A DNA stretch of 64,000 bases from Dehalococcoidia bacterium (GTDB lineage: Bacteria; Chloroflexota; Dehalococcoidia; SM23-28-2; RBG-16-64-32), in the NCBI GenBank assembly GCA_963665775.2, contig CAXXTF010000002.1, forward strand, positions 683,255 through 747,254. The letters run 5' to 3'. Positions 27,175 to 37,295 of this stretch are shown here, in pieces. Within the stretch, counting starts at the first letter, position 1, and the number at the start of each line of letters is the position of its first letter. The position numbers and the translations under genes are program-made. The notes under the pieces were generated by a model, which was not told the origin of the DNA, did not search any database, and saw only the letters and a program-made list of their open reading frames with translations.

Positions 27175-27219
27175 CCAGACAGAGCCCTGTCTGGACATCC
27201 GGGCGCATCTTCGCTGACG

Positions 27220-27420
27220 TTATCGAAGCCCAGTAGACGGGGCTGCGGAGACAGCGAGGGGGCCGCCGGGGCCGTCTGCCCTGTTCAGGCCAGGAGCGCC
27301 TTCCTCCCAGACCGGATTCTTCACCATCGCCTGCGCCGTGCCGACGCTGCCGAACATTGGTACGGCCAGGGCGATGAGCAGGGCCGCCACAAACGCGAAG
27401 GCCATAATTTTCTTAAGCAT
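27220..27420 (-). CDS. Small secreted peptide (66 aa precursor)
   Basis: Strong GGGAGGAAG RBS. Classical signal peptide ending AQA, then a 35-aa Gly/Pro-rich mature part. Confidence 0.5.
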   Translation of the reverse strand: MLKKIMAFAFVAALLIALAVPMFGSVGTAQAMVKNPVWEEGAPGLNRADGPGGPLAVSAAPSTGLR

Positions 27421-27633
27421 TAGAGCTTCCTCCCTCTTGGGCTAAACTCTTGCCGCTGTGGGTTGCCGTTTCCTCTCGCGAAAAGCTCTCACCCCCTTCG
27501 CTCTCCTGATCGACCTGGGATGAGGCTTATGTTAACGAAAACGGCGGGCCGGTCAAGCCTTTGGCCGCCCGGATGGTTAATTTCGGTAAAGAAGCCGCTC
27601 CTCGGCCCTGCTACTAGGGCAGCGGCACAGCCC

Positions 27634-28515
27634 CTATGGCGTGGCGCGCCCGGTGGCCTTCGCCCCCCGCGTGACCAGCGTCATGTGCGGGAACGGGATC
27701 TCGATCCCCTCCTCATCGAACGCCTTCTTCAGCCGCAGGCGCAGCTCCCCCATCACGTCCCACTGGCGGATCGGCTGCGTGTCGCCCAGAATCTTGACCT
27801 CGATGCCGGAGTCGCCGAAGGCGTCCACCCGCAGCACGTGGGGCGGATCGATGATCAGCGGCGCGAACTCCGGGTCCTCCGCCAGCTCCTTCCCCACCCG
27901 GTTGATCACCTCGAACACGTGATCAAGATCCTCTCCGTAGGAGACGGAGACGTTCATGTTCACCCGGGACCACTCCTGGGTGAAGTTGCTGGCCACGTTG
28001 ATCTGGCCGTTGGGGACATAGTGGACGATCCCGTCCAAGTCGCGCAGGACGGTGCGGCGGAGGCCCACGTCCTCCACCAGGCCGGAGATGCCGCCCACGG
28101 TCACGACATCGCCCTTGCTGTACTGGTTGTCCATGAGGATGAACAGGCCGCTGATGATGTCCTTGACCAGGCTCTGGGCGCCGAAGCCGACCGCCAGGCC
28201 GATGATGCCGACGCCGGCCAGCAGCGGCGCGATGTTGATCCCGGCCAGAGGCAATAGCATGAGCAGGGTCGCCAACATGACTATCCCCTGCCCGGTACCG
28301 GTGAACACGGAGGCCAGAGTGTCGATCCGCTGCCCTATCTCCTCTTCGGAAGCCTTTTTCATCTGCCGCTCAATGGCGAGCCGCAGTGAGTGGGGGATGA
28401 TGCGGTGGAGGGCGATGTCTATGACGATGGCCCCGGCGACGATGGCGAGTATGCGGGCGCCGTCGCCGGTCAGCCAGTCGGTGAAATCGTCTGTGGTGAT
28501 GAGGAAGGGCAGCAT
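27634..28515 (-). CDS. mscS: Small-conductance mechanosensitive channel (MscS family)
   Basis: GIIGLAVGFGAQSLVKDIISG, GDVV..GG..G.VEDVGLR.T.LR, NFT..WSR. Confidence 0.9.
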   Translation of the reverse strand: MLPFLITTDDFTDWLTGDGARILAIVAGAIVIDIALHRIIPHSLRLAIERQMKKASEEEIGQRIDTLASVFTGTGQGIVMLATLLMLLPLAGINIAPLLAGVGIIGLAVGFGAQSLVKDIISGLFILMDNQYSKGDVVTVGGISGLVEDVGLRRTVLRDLDGIVHYVPNGQINVASNFTQEWSRVNMNVSVSYGEDLDHVFEVINRVGKELAEDPEFAPLIIDPPHVLRVDAFGDSGIEVKILGDTQPIRQWDVMGELRLRLKKAFDEEGIEIPFPHMTLVTRGAKATGRATP

Positions 28516-28636
28516 GTGTCTAAAGTTCCTTTCCCTGAGGCAGGTTGCCTATAGGCTAGTGGAAGGCCGCGGGCGGGGCAAGGGCGGAGGCGACTTCCGC
28601 GCGGCAGACGCCAGGGAAACCGAGTGCGGGGCGGGC

Positions 28637-30955
28637 CTACACCCCCACCCGCTCCAATGACGCAAACGACAGGAGCAGCTTCTTGATCCCGGCCTCGCCC
28701 CGAAAGGCGACGACGATCTGATAGTCGGCGCCGGAGGGCTCGCAGGAGACGACGATCCCCTCGCCGAACGTGCCGTGCCGCACGTGGTCACCGGCCGCGA
28801 ACGTCTCCACCGCGCCCGACGGCCCCTCCACAGTCGCGGCGCCGGCCGCAGCCACGGCGTAACGATGGCGAGCGGCCAAGAGGGTGGGAGCCGCCGCCCG
28901 CTGGCTCCGAGCCATCAGCTCCAAAGGGATGTCGGCCAGGAACCGGGACGGCGGATTGGGCGCGGTATGGCCCCCGAAGGCCCGGCGGAAGGCACGCACC
29001 AGGTAGAGGTGCTGCTTCGCGCGCGTCATCCCCACGTAGCAGAGCCGTCGCTCCTCCTCCAGCTGCGCCGCGTCGCCGCTCTCCAGCGACCGCATGTGAG
29101 GCAGCAACCCCTCCTCCAGACCGACGATGAAGACGACCGGGAACTCCAGCCCCTTGGCGGCGTGAAGAGTGATCAGCGTGACCGCTTCCGCCCCCTCGTC
29201 GTACCCGTCAACATCGGTGATCAGAGCCGCGTCCTCCAGGAAGGAGGAGAGCGCCTGCTCCGGCTTCAGCTCGTCGTACTGCGCCGCCACCGCCCGCAGC
29301 TCCTGCACGTTCTCCCATCGCTCCTCGCCGTCCGCCTCCGCCAGCAGGTAGGCTTTGTACTCCGTGCGGTCCATGACGGCCTCCAGGACATCGGACAGCG
29401 AGGCGGCGCCGGCCAGGGCGATGAGCTCGTTGAGGAGGCCCAGAAAGCGGAGAAGACTGCCGGCGGACCGCTTCTGGAAGGGGTGAGCCCGTGGTTCGAC
29501 AGGCTCACCACGAGCGGACTGAATACCGCTAATCCTGAGCTTGTCGAAGGACGGTTCGCCCGCCTGGCCGCCGGCGGTGCTCTCCGGCGAGTCGCGCTCG
29601 CTCTCGCCGATGAGCTGGAGGGCGGCGTACAGCGGGATACTGCGCTCGCCGGCCCAGCGGTTGAGCTCGGCCACTGTCCGGTCGCCGATAGCCCGGTGAG
29701 GGACGTTGACGACCCGCAGGAGGGCGATGGAGTCGAAGGGGTTGTGGACGAGGCGCAGGTAGGCCAGCAGGTCCTTCACCTCGCGTCGCTCGTAGAAGCG
29801 GGTGCCACCCACCAGCCGGTAAGGGATGTTGCGACGCACGAACGCCTCCTCCAGGGGCCGGGACTGGGCGTTCGTGCGGTACATGACGGCGAACTCCCGG
29901 TAGGAGCGCTTCTCGCTCTGGGCCAGCCGCTGTGCCTCCCCAACCACGAACGCGGCCTCGTCCTCCTCGTTGTACGCCTCGTAGGCCACGACGGGCCCGC
30001 CGGCGCCGTTCTCCGTCCACAGCTTCTTCTCCTTACGCTGCTTGTTCAGGGCGATCACGCCGTGAGCGGAGTCGAGGATGGTCTGGGTGGAGCGATAGTT
30101 CTGATCCAGGACGACCAGCTTGGCGTCGGGAAAATCGTGCTCGAAGTTGAGGATGTTGCGGATGTCGGCGGACCGCCAGGTGTAGATAGACTGATCGGGG
30201 TCGCCCACCACGCAGATGTTGCGGTGGCGGGAGGACCACTGCTTGGCCAGGATGTACTGAGCGATGTTCGTGTCCTGGAACTCATCGATGTGGACGTAGC
30301 CGTACCGCTCGGCATACTTCTCCAGGGCCTCCTGGCTCTCCTCAAACAGGTGCACCGTCTTCAGGAGGATATCGTCGAAGTCCAGCGCCTCGTTCTGCTC
30401 CAGGATCTCCTCGTAGCGGACGAAGGCGCGGGAGGTCACCTCCTGGAAGTAGTCGGCGACGAGCGCGGCGAACTGGCGCGAGTCCTGGAGCTCGCTCTTG
30501 GCCCGCGAGATGGCCGAGAGAATCGCCCGCGGAGCGATGCGCTTAGCGTCCAGCCCCAACTCCTCCATCGCCCCCTTCAGGACGGCGATCTGATCGGCAG
30601 CGTCGTAGATCGTGAAGCTATGGGGGACGCCGATCCGCTCGCCCTCGACGCGCAGGATGCGGGCGCACACACCGTGGAAAGTGCCCATCGCGATGTCCCG
30701 TCCGATCTCCTCGCCGACCAGGCCGAAGACGCGGTCGCGCATCTCGCGGGCGGCCTTATTCGTGAAGGTAACGGCCAAGATACGGCGGGGGTGCACACGC
30801 CGTTCCCGGATGAGGTAGGCGATGCGGTGAGCGATGACGCGGGTCTTGCCGGAGCCGGGGCCGGCCAGGATGAGCAGCGGGCCCTCCGTGTGCTGCACGG
30901 CCTCGCACTGCCTGGGGTTGAGGCTCTCCAGAATCGGTGATGGGACCGTGGTCAT
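28637..30955 (-). CDS. pcrA: ATP-dependent DNA helicase PcrA/UvrD
   Basis: AGPGSGKT, TFTNKAA, VDEFQDTN, GDPDQSIY, NYRS, VMYRTN, TLHAAKGLEF, YVGMTRA. Start at ATG 30955 (MTTVPSP). Contains an in-frame repeat-element insertion. Confidence 0.9.
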   Translation of the reverse strand: MTTVPSPILESLNPRQCEAVQHTEGPLLILAGPGSGKTRVIAHRIAYLIRERRVHPRRILAVTFTNKAAREMRDRVFGLVGEEIGRDIAMGTFHGVCARILRVEGERIGVPHSFTIYDAADQIAVLKGAMEELGLDAKRIAPRAILSAISRAKSELQDSRQFAALVADYFQEVTSRAFVRYEEILEQNEALDFDDILLKTVHLFEESQEALEKYAERYGYVHIDEFQDTNIAQYILAKQWSSRHRNICVVGDPDQSIYTWRSADIRNILNFEHDFPDAKLVVLDQNYRSTQTILDSAHGVIALNKQRKEKKLWTENGAGGPVVAYEAYNEEDEAAFVVGEAQRLAQSEKRSYREFAVMYRTNAQSRPLEEAFVRRNIPYRLVGGTRFYERREVKDLLAYLRLVHNPFDSIALLRVVNVPHRAIGDRTVAELNRWAGERSIPLYAALQLIGESERDSPESTAGGQAGEPSFDKLRISGIQSARGEPVEPRAHPFQKRSAGSLLRFLGLLNELIALAGAASLSDVLEAVMDRTEYKAYLLAEADGEERWENVQELRAVAAQYDELKPEQALSSFLEDAALITDVDGYDEGAEAVTLITLHAAKGLEFPVVFIVGLEEGLLPHMRSLESGDAAQLEEERRLCYVGMTRAKQHLYLVRAFRRAFGGHTAPNPPSRFLADIPLELMARSQRAAAPTLLAARHRYAVAAAGAATVEGPSGAVETFAAGDHVRHGTFGEGIVVSCEPSGADYQIVVAFRGEAGIKKLLLSFASLERVGV
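29495..29548. repeat. 54-bp palindromic repeat element inserted in frame in pcrA
   Basis: Outer 13-bp arms TTCGACAGGCTCA / TGAGCTTGTCGAA (one G-T pair). Inner 5-bp stem AGCGG/CCGCT. Encodes FDKLRISGIQSARGEPVE. A 27-nt half copy (24/27 identical) lies at 3890-3916 inside nadB. Confidence 0.6.
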
Positions 30956-31009
30956 ACCTCTCGAATAATACAGGTGTTCGGGTACGCGGGGCAATGCGCG
31001 GGGGCCTGG

Positions 31010-31638
31010 TCAGCGCAGCGGACATCCCGCGCACTGCGGCAGCAGCTCCGCCGCCCTGATATGCGTTATGTCGAGCCCTGCCCTGCCCAGGAGGCGGATC
31101 GCCGTCCACACCGGCAGACCCACCACGTTGCAGTAGCAGCCTTGGTACGAGCCTGCGGGCTGGAACACCTCATCCTGGATGGCGTAAGCGCCTGCCTTAT
31201 CGAAGGGATCGCCGCGGGCGATCGAGGCGGCGATCTCCTCCTCCCCATAGCGCCGCATGCTGACGCGGGTGAGGGCATGATCGATGAGCAGGCGTCGGCC
31301 CCAGCGGGCAACCGCCACCGCCGTGACGACCCGATGCCTGCGGCCGCGCAGGCCAAGGAGCACCGACCGCGCATCCGCGGCGTCACGGGGCTTGCCCAGA
31401 ATGACCCCACGATGGGCAACAACGGTGTCCGCGGCCAGGATGATCTCATCGGGATGCTGTTCCGCCACGGCCCGCGCCTTCGTCGCCGCCAGATGTCGGA
31501 CAACCCGCTCCGGACGAGTACCGTCGCGGGCGGCGCCCTCGGCGACCTCCGGGGCCAGAACCTCGAACGGGATGCCCAGCCGCGACAGCAGGTCGCGCCG
31601 CCGCGGCGATCGCGAGGCGAGGATGAAAGACGGCCCTG

Positions 31639-31642
<4 letters not shown>
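31010..31642 (-). CDS. maf: Maf-like nucleoside triphosphate pyrophosphatase
   Basis: [30 protein letters not shown]. The ATG overlaps the upstream stop (ATGA). Confidence 0.9.
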
Positions 31643-32859
<1,217 letters not shown>

Positions 32860-33022
32860 GAACACTCTCGCCTTTAGTTTATTCTCAGGATCGCGCGAGG
32901 CCAATAGCGCTGTTCGGCGTTTATACTAAATAAGACAGGGCCACACCCAGGAATCCTCCATGTCGGTGTGGCCATGATATAATGCGCAACAGTCTATTCG
33001 ATAGAACAGAGGGCAGAGGTTA

Positions 33023-33583
33023 GTGGACTTCCTGATCCTCGCCGGGTTGGTGGGAGGGCTATGGGCGTTTCTCCTCTGGCTGAGCATTATAGTCTGGATC
33101 TACCGCGACACCCGGGATCGCACCCGCGATCTGGCCCTTCAGGTGATGGCCATGTTCATGGCGCTGATGTTCTTCCCGGGGTTCAACATACCGGGGCTGG
33201 CCCTCTATTTGATGATGCGGCCTCGCGAGACCCTGGACGAGTCCTATGCTCGCTCCCTGGAAGAGGAAGCACTTCTACGCGAGATCGGCGACGAAGCCGC
33301 ATGCCCGTCCTGCCGGCGGTTCGTGGAGCGGGGATGGCTGGTGTGCGCGTTCTGCCAGACACAGCTCAAGGACACGTGTGGAGGCTGCGGGCAGTTGATG
33401 AGCTTCAACTGGGTCGCCTGTCCCTACTGCGGCGGCCAGCCTAAGAGCGCCGAACGAGCTCAGAAGGCGCCAACGAGCATGCAGGCCCCTGCGACAGCGA
33501 GTGGCGCATCGGGGAAACCGGAGGCAGAAGCCGAGGAGTCAGAGCCGCTCAGCGCCGAACGCGCAACCCCCAGTCAACACTAG
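33023..33583 (+). CDS. Membrane protein with PLD-nuclease-N-like TM region and double zinc ribbon
   Basis: GTG start after GAGGGCAGAGG. WIYRD TM hairpin, then CPSC...CAFC...CGGC...CPYC. Confidence 0.65.
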   Translation: MDFLILAGLVGGLWAFLLWLSIIVWIYRDTRDRTRDLALQVMAMFMALMFFPGFNIPGLALYLMMRPRETLDESYARSLEEEALLREIGDEAACPSCRRFVERGWLVCAFCQTQLKDTCGGCGQLMSFNWVACPYCGGQPKSAERAQKAPTSMQAPATASGASGKPEAEAEESEPLSAERATPSQH

Positions 33584-33626
33584 CTATCGAAGCCAACACC
33601 TCGCCGGGCCAGCCAACCGCGCTCGC

Positions 33627-34547
33627 CTAATCTGGGCCCGTTAGACCGGCCACGTCTATCTCGCTCAGCATCCCCGCCAGGCGACGCAGCTTCGCCTCCC
33701 CACCGGCGAAAGGAGCGGCGGCGAACATCGCCTCGATGCGCTCAACCGTCGTCACCGTGTCCAGCCCGGTCTGCAGGACGGCGATTTCATCCTCCTCTAC
33801 CCGGTCCAGAACGTACGAGAGGAGCGGGTAGCCGCCGGTGACGATCAAGCAGGAGACGCCGGCGTTGAGCGCCGCCAGCTGCAGGTCCGGCTTGTCACCG
33901 CGCACGATGACGGCGCTGCTCTGCTGTCCGGCGAAGTAGCCCTGCGCCGGGTCGGCGCTGATGGACGCGATAACGGGTCGCTCGATCAGATGCTCCTTGC
34001 CGGCGTTCAGGCTGCGGGCGCGCGCCTGAACCGCCTCCGCCACCTGAGCGATGGTAGGGGCAGCCAGGGTTCGATCCTCCGGCAACAGCGCCAGGGGCCG
34101 CAGGCCGACGCCCTCGAAGGCGGCGCCGACAGCGTCGCGGCGGCGCCGGGGGACGCGGTTCAGGATCAGCCCTGCCAGCGATCCTCCCAACGCCTGACAG
34201 TATTCAGCCACCCGATCAGGCGACTCGGCACCCGCTACCACCAGCGCTCGGGCTGCCCCGATCGCCCTCAGAGCCACGGCTGGGTCGCCGCCGGCCGCCT
34301 CGACGAAGGTTACATCGTGACCGCTGGCCGTGTCCAGCACCGCGCCCGGCTCCACCGGCTCGCTGCCGCGCTGGGCGTTGAAGGGGAGGCTGGCAAAGAG
34401 CCCGGCATCGGCATCAGCATGCTCATCGCCGGAGAGCCGGAGGAGCGCCACCGTTCGGCCCGCCCCCTTCAACCGCTGGGCGAGGCCGGTGATAAGGGCG
34501 GTCTTGCCGACCATAGGCTCAGGGGATGCGACGAGGAGGACAGGCAT
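33627..34547 (-). CDS. BioD/Pta-N-like P-loop domain plus DRTGG domain protein
   Basis: ATG 34547 (MPVLLVASPEPMVGKTALITGL), then a DRTGG-type C-terminus (VIVRGDKPDLQLAALNAGVSCLIVTGG). The upstream part of the ORF is non-coding. Confidence 0.75.
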   Translation of the reverse strand: MPVLLVASPEPMVGKTALITGLAQRLKGAGRTVALLRLSGDEHADADAGLFASLPFNAQRGSEPVEPGAVLDTASGHDVTFVEAAGGDPAVALRAIGAARALVVAGAESPDRVAEYCQALGGSLAGLILNRVPRRRRDAVGAAFEGVGLRPLALLPEDRTLAAPTIAQVAEAVQARARSLNAGKEHLIERPVIASISADPAQGYFAGQQSSAVIVRGDKPDLQLAALNAGVSCLIVTGGYPLLSYVLDRVEEDEIAVLQTGLDTVTTVERIEAMFAAAPFAGGEAKLRRLAGMLSEIDVAGLTGPD

Positions 34548-34756
34548 GGCCGGCTGGATTATAGCATGAGCCCCCGCTTCACCGGCTGGAGGGAGAACAC
34601 GAACGCACCCTTGAGGGTGTGATGCTGCCCACAACAAGCATGACTTGATGATAGGCTTTCGCCACGCTGCCGCTCTTGCCTGCGCCGGGGAGCCGCATGT
34701 ATCATATGTGACACCCAGCACTAACGCCCCAAGAGCCGCCTGGAAGGCCCAGCCAC

Positions 34757-35281
34757 ATGCCACACAGCTCCCGCTTCACCCCGGTCGAGCCTGCCACCGG
34801 CAGCGCCGAGATGCTCACCCGCATCGATGAGCTCATCGATGACCTCCGGCCTAAGCAGGCCGACCTGCTCACAGCCTTCCACCGCATCCAGCACGAGTAC
34901 GGACACGTGCCTCCGGAGGCGGTCCCTCTACTGGCCGGCAGGTTCGCCACCACCCCCGCCACGATCTTCGGCGCTATGGACTTCTACTCGGAGGTGCGCA
35001 CCACGCCGCCCGCACGGACCACCGTCGAGTGGTGCAGCGGCCCCGCCTGCCTCCTGAAGGGATCGCTGAGAATCCGCCGCGCCCTGGAGGCGATCCTGGG
35101 CTGCGACATGGATCAGACGACCGAGGACGGAGCCCTCGGCCTGCGGCTGGTGCAGTGCGACGGCACCTGCCATATGGCACCCCTTCTACGCCTCGATGGC
35201 CGCTATATCGGTCCCCTCAGTGTCAGCGAGGCGATCGGCTGGGCCCGAGAGCTGAAGGAGAAGGGGGGATTGGGCGCGTAG
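34757..35281 (+). CDS. NuoE/HoxE-like [2Fe-2S] thioredoxin-fold subunit
   Basis: LLTAFHRIQHEYGHVP, C-x4-C (CSGPAC) and C-x3-C (CDGTC) ligands, LDGRYIG. Confidence 0.85.
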   Translation: MPHSSRFTPVEPATGSAEMLTRIDELIDDLRPKQADLLTAFHRIQHEYGHVPPEAVPLLAGRFATTPATIFGAMDFYSEVRTTPPARTTVEWCSGPACLLKGSLRIRRALEAILGCDMDQTTEDGALGLRLVQCDGTCHMAPLLRLDGRYIGPLSVSEAIGWARELKEKGGLGA

Positions 35282-35318
35282 CTGCAGGAGCTCAAGCCCC
35301 CAGCTACCGCCAACCGCC

Positions 35319-37199
35319 ATGCCTATCTACGAAGAGCTCCGGCGCTCCGCCGACGAGGCCTGGCACCCCTTTGCTCAGCCCCAACGGCCGCTGATAAAGA
35401 TCGGCCTCTCCACCTGCTCCCGCGCCGTCGGCGCTGGCGATACCCTGGACGCCATCCGTCGTGAGATAGCGAGCCGTGGCATCGAGGCCGACGTCATGAC
35501 CACGGGCTGCTGGGGCCTCTGCTACGCCGAACCGATTGTCGAGATACACCGGCCGGGCCGCCCGCCCGTGCTCTACCACCAGCTCACAGCCGACAAGGTC
35601 CCGGCCCTCATCGAGCAGGCCGTTGCCGCCGACGGCGTCGCCCAGGTGCACGCCCTGGCCGTCCTGGCGGAGCAGCCCCTGGGCAACGTCCCTCCTCTGC
35701 CTTCGCTCCCCTTCTTCGCGCCCCAGGTGCGACGCCTGATGGCTAACTGTGGCGTGATCGACCCGGAGCAGATAGACCACTACATAGCTCAGGGCGGCTA
35801 CGAGGGGCTCAGCCAAGCGCTGGCCATGAGCGACGAGGCGGTCATCACGCAGGTGCTGGACGCCGCCCTCTGGGGTCGCGGCGGCGCCGCCTTCCCCACC
35901 GGCCGCAAATGGGGATTCCTGCGCGGCGCCAACCGCACCCCGAAGTACATCGTCTGCAACGCCGACGAGGGCGACCCCGGCTCCTTCGTTAACCGCAACC
36001 TGATGGAGAGCGACCCCCACCTCCTCATCGAGGGGATGACCATCGCCGGCTACGCCACCGGCGCCTCCCAGGGCTTCATCTACGTCCGCGACGAGTACCC
36101 CCTACCGGCGGACCGGACAGATAAGGCCATCCAGCAGGCCCGCGAGAAGGGCCTCCTGGGCGAGAATATTCTGGGCTCTGCTCAGACGGGCGCCGATCCG
36201 GACGGCTTCTCCTTCGACCTGGTCATGGTCCGAGGCGCCGGCAGCTACGTCTGCGGCGAGGAGACCGGCCTCATCGCTTCCCTGGAGGACGACCGCGGCA
36301 TGCCCAAGATCCGACCGCCTTTCCCCGCCGAGGCCGGTGTCTTCGGCCTGCCCACCAACGTGAACAACGTGGAGACGTACGCCAACGTGCCCCTTATCCT
36401 CCGCCACGGCGATCACTGGTACACCGATATCGGCTCGGAGCAGCACAAGGGGACCAAGATGTTCTCCCTTTCCGGACAGGTGCAGAGGGCAGGCATCCTG
36501 GAGGTGCCCCTGGGAACACCCATGAGCGAGGTCGTTCTGGGCGCCGGCGGCGGCCCGCCGGAAGGCCGGGCACTGAAGGCCGTCCAGCCCGGCGGCCCCC
36601 TCTCCGGCATCGTCCCCGCCGGCGACGTCGACATCCCCCTGGAACCGGAGCCGTTCCGCGAGCGGGGGATGTTCATGGGCTCCGGCGGCCTCGTCCTCCT
36701 GGACGAGAGCAACTGCATCGTCGACCTCTGTATCTACTTCGAATGGTTCGCCGAGGACGAGTCCTGCGGTCGCTGCACCACCTGCTTCGCCGGCACCCGC
36801 CGCCTTCTGGAGATCCTTCGCCGCATCGCCAGCGGCCGCGGCCGCCCCTCGGACCTGGAGATCATCCGTCTCCTGGCGGACACGATGCGCTACGCCAACT
36901 GTGTCCACGGGCAGGCGGCCCCGACGGCCGTGATGTCCATGTTCCGCTTCTTCGAAGAGGAGCTCATGGAGCACATCGAGCGGAAGCGCTGCCCGGCCAA
37001 GGCCTGCCGCGGCCTGGTGCACTACGAGGTCGTGCACCACTCCGACCGGCTGCCCCAGGCGGAGGCGATCTGCCCCACGCAGGCGGTGGTGCGGGAGAAC
37101 GGGAGCTACCGCATCGACCAGGCCAAGTGCATCAAGTGCGACGCCTGCCGGGAGCAGGCCCCCTACGCCATCGCCCTGCTGGACGATTTCGGGCCGTAG
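35319..37199 (+). CDS. NuoF/HoxF-like NAD(H)-binding FMN/Fe-S subunit with N-terminal Trx-like and C-terminal ferredoxin-like extensions
   Basis: GRGGAAFPTGRKW, VCNADEGDPGSF, ESCGRCTTC, C-terminal CIKCDAC plus ICP. 626 aa. Confidence 0.9.
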   Translation: MPIYEELRRSADEAWHPFAQPQRPLIKIGLSTCSRAVGAGDTLDAIRREIASRGIEADVMTTGCWGLCYAEPIVEIHRPGRPPVLYHQLTADKVPALIEQAVAADGVAQVHALAVLAEQPLGNVPPLPSLPFFAPQVRRLMANCGVIDPEQIDHYIAQGGYEGLSQALAMSDEAVITQVLDAALWGRGGAAFPTGRKWGFLRGANRTPKYIVCNADEGDPGSFVNRNLMESDPHLLIEGMTIAGYATGASQGFIYVRDEYPLPADRTDKAIQQAREKGLLGENILGSAQTGADPDGFSFDLVMVRGAGSYVCGEETGLIASLEDDRGMPKIRPPFPAEAGVFGLPTNVNNVETYANVPLILRHGDHWYTDIGSEQHKGTKMFSLSGQVQRAGILEVPLGTPMSEVVLGAGGGPPEGRALKAVQPGGPLSGIVPAGDVDIPLEPEPFRERGMFMGSGGLVLLDESNCIVDLCIYFEWFAEDESCGRCTTCFAGTRRLLEILRRIASGRGRPSDLEIIRLLADTMRYANCVHGQAAPTAVMSMFRFFEEELMEHIERKRCPAKACRGLVHYEVVHHSDRLPQAEAICPTQAVVRENGSYRIDQAKCIKCDACREQAPYAIALLDDFGP

Positions 37200-37295
37200 C
37201 CGCCCCCGCCTTTCACGCCCCTCGCCCAGATGACCGGTGCGCTATAATAAACGCTCCCACATCACGCGCCCTTGAGAAGACCGAGGAGGGTTGCC

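Noticed and set aside
28775-30940. 721-aa ORF on the plus strand
   Set aside because: It is antisense to the clearly identified pcrA helicase gene. The translation is Arg/Gly/Leu/Val-rich with no motifs, typical of shadow ORFs in high-GC DNA. The same reasoning applies to 2003-3100(+), 3279-3902(+), 13137-13898(+), 14243-15253(+), 15706-16437(+), 20511-21275(-), 36102-37040(-), 55152-55892(-), 58278-59012(+), 63100-63819(+) and similar entries.
32939-32973. 9-bp perfect hairpin GGCCACACC-N17-GGTGTGGCC followed by TATAAT in the divergent region between the rlmD-like and zinc-ribbon genes
   Set aside because: It could be a regulatory or terminator-like structure. There is no U-tract, no recognisable riboswitch core and no second copy in the window, so the evidence is insufficient to call a feature.
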